A DNA stretch of 63,868 nucleotides, filler included, from Licmophora abbreviata (lineage: Eukaryota): NCBI GenBank assembly GCA_900291995.1. It is 13 parts of 13 records of this genome, joined end to end, with 100 filler letters (N's around TTAATTAATTAA, not from the genome) between each part and the next. Parts side by side here need not be neighbours in the genome. Positions count along the whole stretch, not along the records: positions 47,582 to 59,489 come from OLMU01003943.1; positions 59,590 to 62,540 come from OLMU01003944.1; positions 62,641 to 63,868 come from OLMU01003966.1; 10 more parts are not named here. One strand, written 5' to 3'. Both the position numbers and the translations under genes were made by a program. Of the stretch, positions 57,544 to 63,868 are shown one piece after another; within the stretch, counting starts at the first letter, position 1; each line of letters starts with the position of its first letter. The notes below the pieces were generated by a model. That model saw only the letters and a program-made list of their open reading frames with translations, ran no database searches and had not been told where the DNA came from.

Positions 57544-59489
57544 TTACACGTCCACATCACTGCGTTTGACGAAGCGCCCCTTGATGCGAGGGCGGCTGTC
57601 GGCTAGCTTCTTACGACAGTCGTACTTGATGCGCTTGCGCCAAATACGCATTTTGCGTTTAGAATGGAACTTGGCGATGCGAGCACGTCTGGCGTCTGGG
57701 AGATAAATCCCAATGCGCCCATCCTTGTTGAGCAACTCCATTTGAAACGTCGTGTGCTGCAGTGAACTATTAGCGTTGGCGGCGGCAAGAGACGACGGAA
57801 GCGTCGCCATTTCGGTAGACGCAGATGTAGCAGGCTGCCTGCTGGACGAGTCGCCTGTCCTGTCATGAAGAGAAGAAGATGTGCGATACGATGCTGCGTC
57901 TTGTCGTGAACTTATTGAGGACGACCTCGTCGACGCAGATTTCTTGTTCTTGCTGAATGCACTTCCGCGAGAGGTGCTGATAAACCGAAAACGAAGCGCG
58001 CCATCACGGGTTAGATATAGGTGGATCAAGACAGAGCTTCACGATGACCTCATGCCAGATATCGATGGGCTCACCTTGAGGGATCCGGAGCGTACGGTGC
58101 CCCAACAGCACTCGCAATGGCAATGCCCGTTGGGTCCACGAGATCAATTGAGTTTGTCCTCGACCCCGTGGCAAACAGTCTCTCTTCGTGGATTCCGCCT
58201 TCATGAAAGCTCACGGGATCAAAAATGATTGAGTTCCCGCGAGGTCTTGTCATGACACTTTGATCGCTATTCGCCGCTTCCGGAAGAGGCGGCTCGTCGG
58301 CATTGATTCCAAACGAAAAGAATTCAAACGACATGGCACGATCCCTCCCCTGCGGCGCAAATGATACGTCTTGCGATGCTGATCCAGTCGATCCCTTGCG
58401 GTGTCCCCTTGCATCGGAAGACAGAGAGGCTGTTCTTGGGTTCGACGCGGTTGCGCCCACACCGTCATGCGTTTGAGCCGAGCCATCAAACAAATGAGGA
58501 TCCAATTCATTTTCAATGTTCATGTCCGGAAACTCGAATCCAGCAGCTGGCGAATGTGAAAGAATGATGCGAAGATTAAATTAGAGACAATTTTAAGTAC
58601 AGCGAGATCGCCATTGCAGCGCATCGAAGCGATGGATTTGACTTACGATCAATATCAATTGAAAAGATCCGACTACGTCGCGTCATCGACGCACCGGAAG
58701 CGTCTACCGCTGGAGCATGCATCTGTTTTGATTCCGCCGCGAGTGGACACGGGACGGTCAGCATGGGTGCGGCTAAACCTCGATTTGGCACGTCTTCCTT
58801 AGCTGTGTCCCCTTTAGTCCCTGGCGAAGCCTTCACCACTGCAGAGTTCGGAGTGGGTGACACGTCTGATTGCACCAACGGATTGGGGACCTCAGACTCC
58901 GCTCTAATCCGAGTCGACTGCCTTCCCCCTACAGATGCTGGATTCTTCAAGGCGCTGCTATCCGAATGTCTCGTTCGTCTCATTCTCGGACTCCTTGGAG
59001 ATGCCGGCGGACTCTCTGATTCGTCCGAGTCAGCGCCGCCGCGCCTTCTCGTTCGCAGACCGTAGGTGTGCGGCTGGGCCTCCCCACCGATATCCTCGGC
59101 CTTTTCCTTCGATTTTTTCTGAGTTCTTTCGACTCGCGCGCGTAGAGCCGCAGCATCCTTGCCTTTCGAGCGAGGCTGCCCCGCAGTTTCCACGACGCTC
59201 TGCACGAGCGCCACTGTCATCATACGACGCTCAAACTGCGCAGTGTCGACGACGGGGTTTCCGTGTTCATCGATGCTTTCAATCTCTTCATCGCCCTCGA
59301 TCAGCATCTTTTCTTCTGCAAGTTCCAAAGCCCGATCCTCTTCCGCTGAGTCATGGAGCCCCGCCTCGTCGTGCTGGGCGTCAGACTCTTCCACCTTGGT
59401 GTGGCGAGAAGACCTCAACGTACGTTGCTCGCCCATTCCGCCACCGCTTGAGGGCGCGACCAGGGTAGTGCCTCCTGATCCTTCTCCGC
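57544..59489 (-). CDS. CCT-domain protein (CONSTANS/TOC1-type C-terminal motif), possibly 5'-partial
   Basis: IGIYLPDARRARIAKFHSKRKMRIWRKRIKYDCRKKLADSRPRIKGRFVK. Introns 58547-58646 and 57977-58074. The frame is open to the gap (nearest ATG 59436). Confidence 0.9.
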
Positions 59490-60333
59490 NNNNNNNNNNN
59501 NNNNNNNNNNNNNNNNNNNNNNNNNNNNNNNNNTTAATTAATTAANNNNNNNNNNNNNNNNNNNNNNNNNNNNNNNNNNNNNNNNNNNNCAGATCAAAAC
59601 TGGAATGTCCGTCACCGAATCATTCAGGCCCCAAGATCTTTCCGGATACCGTTTCCGCGATCTTCGGCCTTTTAATTTCTCTGTTCATGCTTCTCGCAGC
59701 ACTTGCTCTCCTCCCACATGTTCACTCACGCTAGGGTCAGCTTCTAGAAGAAGCCTGTGATAGTTGGATTCGTGTCGTTGTTCTGTCGAGACGTGTTTGG
59801 TACAGTAACTTGGATGTGGTCGAGTTGGCGCCGCAGAACATCAGCTTCAAACTATCCGACAAGTTGAAAATCGGTGGCTCTGAAGGTCACGTTTTCGAAA
59901 ACGATGAGATCTATGAATGTACTCAACTATGTAGGTCGTTATTTTTCATTCTATTTAAATACCGCCGCCAAAGAGGGACTGGCTGATAGGTCAGTCGTGC
60001 TTTAGTATGGAATGATACGTATAATCTACGCGAAGCATGAGTTTAGTAAGCGCAAAGAGGGATAAACCTGTCCTGCGTCCGTTAATCCTGTGCGTGCAGA
60101 GCCACGAGTTTGAAAGTTGCACGGATCTAGGCTTTCGCCACAACGGCCACACTCCAAAATTCTGTCTTGGGTTCCTTGTGATTGGCGGTGGCAGCAGACA
60201 GCGCAGTCGGCATTGATACTGTATCTTAGCGTGGGGAGAGACGATTACCTCGACGGAATAGAAAAGGCTTGTTTCAGTACCGTCGAGAAATCCAGAGTCT
60301 TCGAATCTTGCACTTCTTTTTCCCGTCGCCATC

Positions 60334-60969
60334 ATGAGGCAACTCAAGCACCACGAAAAAAAGCTCCTGCGAAAGGTGTCGCTGTATTCCTGGAAGGGGG
60401 AAGACAACATTCGCGTGGCGAAGGTTATGCGAAAATACCATATTCAGAATCGGGAAGACTATGTCGCCTACTCGCGGATCTGCGGTATGGTGACCAAACT
60501 GGCTGCCAAGCTGAAGGTGAGCGCCCATCGATTGGAAGGGGCGACTCACTGTACAAGCAAAGGTACCTTATGAAACTCACTGACATGCCCATTCTTCACC
60601 GCATAGACTCTCAAATCGGACGATCCCTTTCGTATCGCCATGACGGATCAGCTGTTGACGAAACTGACCGACATGGGTATTATTACAACGTCCAAATCCC
60701 TACAGAAGGCCGACGAGATTACGGCGTCGGCCCTTTGTCGACGACGCCTGCCGGTTGTCATGATGCGACTGAAAATGGCAGAAACTATGAAAGTGGCGGT
60801 CACATTTGTCGAACAGGGGCAGGTGCGAGTCGGACCGCACGTGGTGACGGATCCATCGTTCTTGGTAACGAAAGCTATGGAAGACTATGTCACGTGGGTA
60901 GATTCATCCAAGATACGGCGGACAGTGCAAAGGTACAACGACAAACTCGATGACTTTGACTTGTTATAG
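60334..60969 (+). CDS. IMP3: U3 snoRNP protein IMP3 (S4 family)
   Basis: MRQLKHHEKKLLRKV, IQNREDY..Y, CRRRLPVVM, EQGQVRVG, EDYVTWVDSSKI...DDFDLL. Intron 60517-60606. Confidence 0.96.
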
Positions 60970-61472
60970 TGGTGCATTACCATTCATATCGGGGTCCCAG
61001 GAAGCTTGCTGTCTTTGTCGTATGGATCAGGTCGTCTCGTCCTCGCTCGCCGGTCTCGGGAGCACGCATAGTCGTTAGGGCCAGCGTCTTGAATGGGTCC
61101 GGCATTCATTGTCTCGTTTCTGTACTCTGTAACAAGACTAGCTGCGGACCATCTGTATGAGGTTTTCGTTTGTCCTAATGAACACTTCCGATAAGGTAAA
61201 GGCGCCGCGGCTTTCCTTTTTTAAGCTGTCTAGATTTGGTCTGTACATCTGATGCAAACGTGCGCAAGGTAGAATCGAACTACTGGGCCGCCAAGCCCCC
61301 AAAGGTTTGAAGCCTTTGCCCACCACCAGGCAGGATCATGCACACCTTTTTAGACTCCGCACTACAGCGGCTATTGACAGCAGAGTAAACCTCGTTGTGA
61401 CAATCACAAGTCAACGGTCAGAAATAATGCTTCGTATCGTTTCGCGTGTTATGTCCTACTATCGTGGACCAC

Positions 61473-62359
61473 TTATGCCTTGCCGAGCGACGCCAACTTT
61501 TTGGCCTCTTCAACTGCAAGCGCCTTGGCACGCTTGTCGAGCTTGGCTTGCGTCTTGAGACCCATAATTCCTCCTCCCCACTTACGGACTAGGTCGGGGT
61601 TGTTGTTGTACTTGTCACTGGCAAGGTCCTTGAGCAAATTCAGCTGGGCCGAATCTTCCTTCGAGACGCCAGTAAGGCAAACGCACGCAGCCGTCTTCTG
61701 GTGGACCAAAGCACCGAGACGAGCCTTGTCTTTGACAATCATGAACGGGACGTCCATCTTGCGGCACAGCGCGGGCATCCACATGACGAGCTCAATTGGG
61801 TCAACGTCGCAAGCAATCAACACGAGTTCAGCCTTCTTCTCTTCGATGAGATTGGTGACATGCTTGAGCCCAAACTTGACCTGGTAGACCGCACGGCCGG
61901 AATTGTCTCCCTTTCCGGAAGCCTCGGCGGCGGCAGACTCCTTGATACGCTGCTTCTTGGCGGCAGGAGTTTCGGGTCGGTACTTGTTAAACAGAGTAAA
62001 AACGGTCATCGCCTCATTCTTGCCCAGCGTCTTGGTGAATTGGTTGACAGCAGGAGGCACCTTGAGGCGCTGGTACAAGACCGCACGCTGACGCTGGATG
62101 CGCACATACTTGGGCCACCTGACAAAGCGACTCAAATCACGTCCCTGAGGGCGGATGGCGCCTCCAATATTGGTGGTACGTGGGCGCGAGGGAAACAGAG
62201 GGTCTGCCTTGGCCGCGGCCTTCTTCGGAGCAGAGTCCTTCTTGCTGGTCTTTTTCGGAGCCTGTTTCGGGGACATAAATAGTGGGGGAGGGGGTCAGAG
62301 GTTATATAGCAAGGGGAGGGGCGGAAAAGCGACGTGCCGGTCATCGAACAACTCACCAT
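61473..62359 (-). CDS. RPL7A: 60S ribosomal protein L7a (eL8)
   Basis: RDLSRFVRWPKYVRIQRQR, LKVPPAVNQF, DVDPIELV..PALCRKM, WGGG.MG.K. ATG-only exon 1 (62359-62357) and intron 62262-62356 give MAPKK. Confidence 0.97.
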
Positions 62360-62927
62360 GGTAAACTTGCTTCAATTCGAGAGAATGTGTTTAGTATGGG
62401 GTTTCAAGGTTTTGCGGCTGTCGACGGGTTCTACGTAGAGTCAGGACCAATACTCTGATGGCGTTCAAGTAAGCGGTATTGGATATCTGCGATATGCGAC
62501 CGATGGGAGGGCCGGACGGACGGATTGGGAAGACGATGGCNNNNNNNNNNNNNNNNNNNNNNNNNNNNNNNNNNNNNNNNNNNNTTAATTAATTAANNNN
62601 NNNNNNNNNNNNNNNNNNNNNNNNNNNNNNNNNNNNNNNNTCCTCGCTCTTCGGAAGTCTATCTTGAGTCATGCTACCAGTGCTATGCTTAGACTAGACT
62701 ACCTTCCACACAGTCTTGCGCAATCGACAGTATACAGGCACCATGTCGTCGTTTGGGGGTGCTTTGATGTGTGATGTGCGGTCATCCTCTCACAGTTCAG
62801 TCGTCCCGACTTCGAGGTGCGCGATCGCGGCCGGCGCGCACACTATGCTCATTCGCGTTGTATCTAGTTGTATCGCAGTGTACCTATGATGATAGCAAGC
62901 ATCGTTCTTAAGTCTACATTCTTGTTA

Positions 62928-63868
62928 TTATGACTTGCCACGACGATAGGCTTGCATGCTGTCCTCTAGAAACCGAATCAAGTCTTCTCTTCGATCTCGT
63001 AAATACTCTTCGGGACATCCACGCCAGTTGGATCCTGCACTGCCCAAATGATAGAACCGAGCATGATTCTGACATGACGCCAATGACGACGATTCCTCAT
63101 GGCTACCGCCTTTCATCATGGAGCATGCACTCTCGCGTTCGGCATACTCCAGTAGCTCCGGTGTCACACAGTTGTCGGGAATGCCACCATTGCGCCTTTG
63201 TCGATCCATGAACACACACACTGGATTGGATGCAGGCGTACACTGAACGTTTCGAACCCAGCTGACATTGAGGTCGTTGTGATGATTGGAGAGGAATGCA
63301 AACGTTTGACCACCAGAATCGAGAGCATACTGCCTTCCATCCACAGTGGCGACGGCAGGTAGAAAGTCAAGCTCTCGATGGTACTCAAGCGGCAAGTGGA
63401 AGAGTGCAAAATTGGGCCACAGATACTTGACAATGCCTCGCTGCTGTGGCATCGATAGGATGTGTCCGCCTTCTAACTCTGACATCAAGTTGGTGGGTTC
63501 TGTAAGGAACATATCGCTGTCGAGCAGAAAGAGAATATCGCCCTGCTTCAGATTCAAATGGAAGGATTCGGAAGTACCATTTGTGTCGAGCAAATGAGAA
63601 AGACCCGTATTGAGCGCATGTCCGTGACTCAACGAAGCACCCAAGACCTTCCGTCGGTCGTCTACTTCTACATGATGTACGCCTAGATGTATGGCCATGG
63701 CGGACAAGGCCGCCATAGTGTCGTCGACCTGACTGTTGAGAACTGCCAGATATTCAAAGCGGTCGTGCTGCAGAAAGGTTCGCAAAGACTCGACTTGCAG
63801 TCTCATCAATTCTTCGTAGTGTGTCCATACGGACATGACGATGACTCTCCCATTGAAGTTCACACTTG
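62928..63868 (-). CDS. Putative GT-A-fold glycosyltransferase, 5'-partial
   Basis: LQVESLRTFL...SHGHALN...ILFLLDSDMFL (DxD)...YLWPNF...LDSGGQT...FYHLGSAGSNW. Open to the window edge. Confidence 0.65.
   Translation of the reverse strand, partial: SVNFNGRVIVMSVWTHYEELMRLQVESLRTFLQHDRFEYLAVLNSQVDDTMAALSAMAIHLGVHHVEVDDRRKVLGASLSHGHALNTGLSHLLDTNGTSESFHLNLKQGDILFLLDSDMFLTEPTNLMSELEGGHILSMPQQRGIVKYLWPNFALFHLPLEYHRELDFLPAVATVDGRQYALDSGGQTFAFLSNHHNDLNVSWVRNVQCTPASNPVCVFMDRQRRNGGIPDNCVTPELLEYAERESACSMMKGGSHEESSSLASCQNHARFYHLGSAGSNWRGCPEEYLRDRREDLIRFLEDSMQAYRRGKS

Noticed and set aside
57977..58074. Apparent frameshifts in the CCT gene
   Set aside because: Explained by canonical GT-AG introns with a CTAAC branch point.
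60117..60953. 278-aa alternative-frame ORF over IMP3
   Set aside because: No recognisable motifs; a shadow frame of a well-supported spliced gene.
60970..61472. Possible snoRNA between IMP3 and RPL7A
   Set aside because: No convincing C/D (RUGAUGA...CUGA with terminal stem) or H/ACA arrangement seen.

Overview
Gene-dense eukaryotic nuclear DNA (about 50% GC, short 70-165 nt GT-AG introns), most likely from a diatom. This is inferred from bipartite plastid/periplastid targeting signals, a SELMA-type Ufd1, an RxL propeptide motif and diatom-style families. It is a draft scaffold with 12 artificial 100-nt linkers (N44-TTAATTAATTAA-N44), and several genes run across them. About 35 protein-coding genes were reconstructed, mostly housekeeping: S1P lyase, AKR, Asp aminotransferase, COG4, ELF1, PDHA, EF-Tu, IMP3, RPL7A, TAM41, PI4K, sorting nexin, MscS, a CHASE histidine kinase and a CCT protein. 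At least 8 genes carry single-base frameshifts in short homopolymers, probably assembly errors. No rRNA, tRNA, CRISPR or recognisable transposon was seen. The top candidate for a novel system is a PIP-box-bearing polynucleotide 3'-phosphatase/5'-kinase fused to an apparently intact aldo-keto reductase. It lies on the same scaffold as a LIG6/Adl1-type ligase and a BRCT-containing PolX. Other notable items: a MATE-PDZ fusion, an ADP/ATP carrier paralog lacking the R79-equivalent, a myristoylation-motif tandem-repeat protein, a secreted dirigent/AOC-like protein, and a small spliced gene missed by the ORF track. All family assignments are by motif recognition only; no searches were run.
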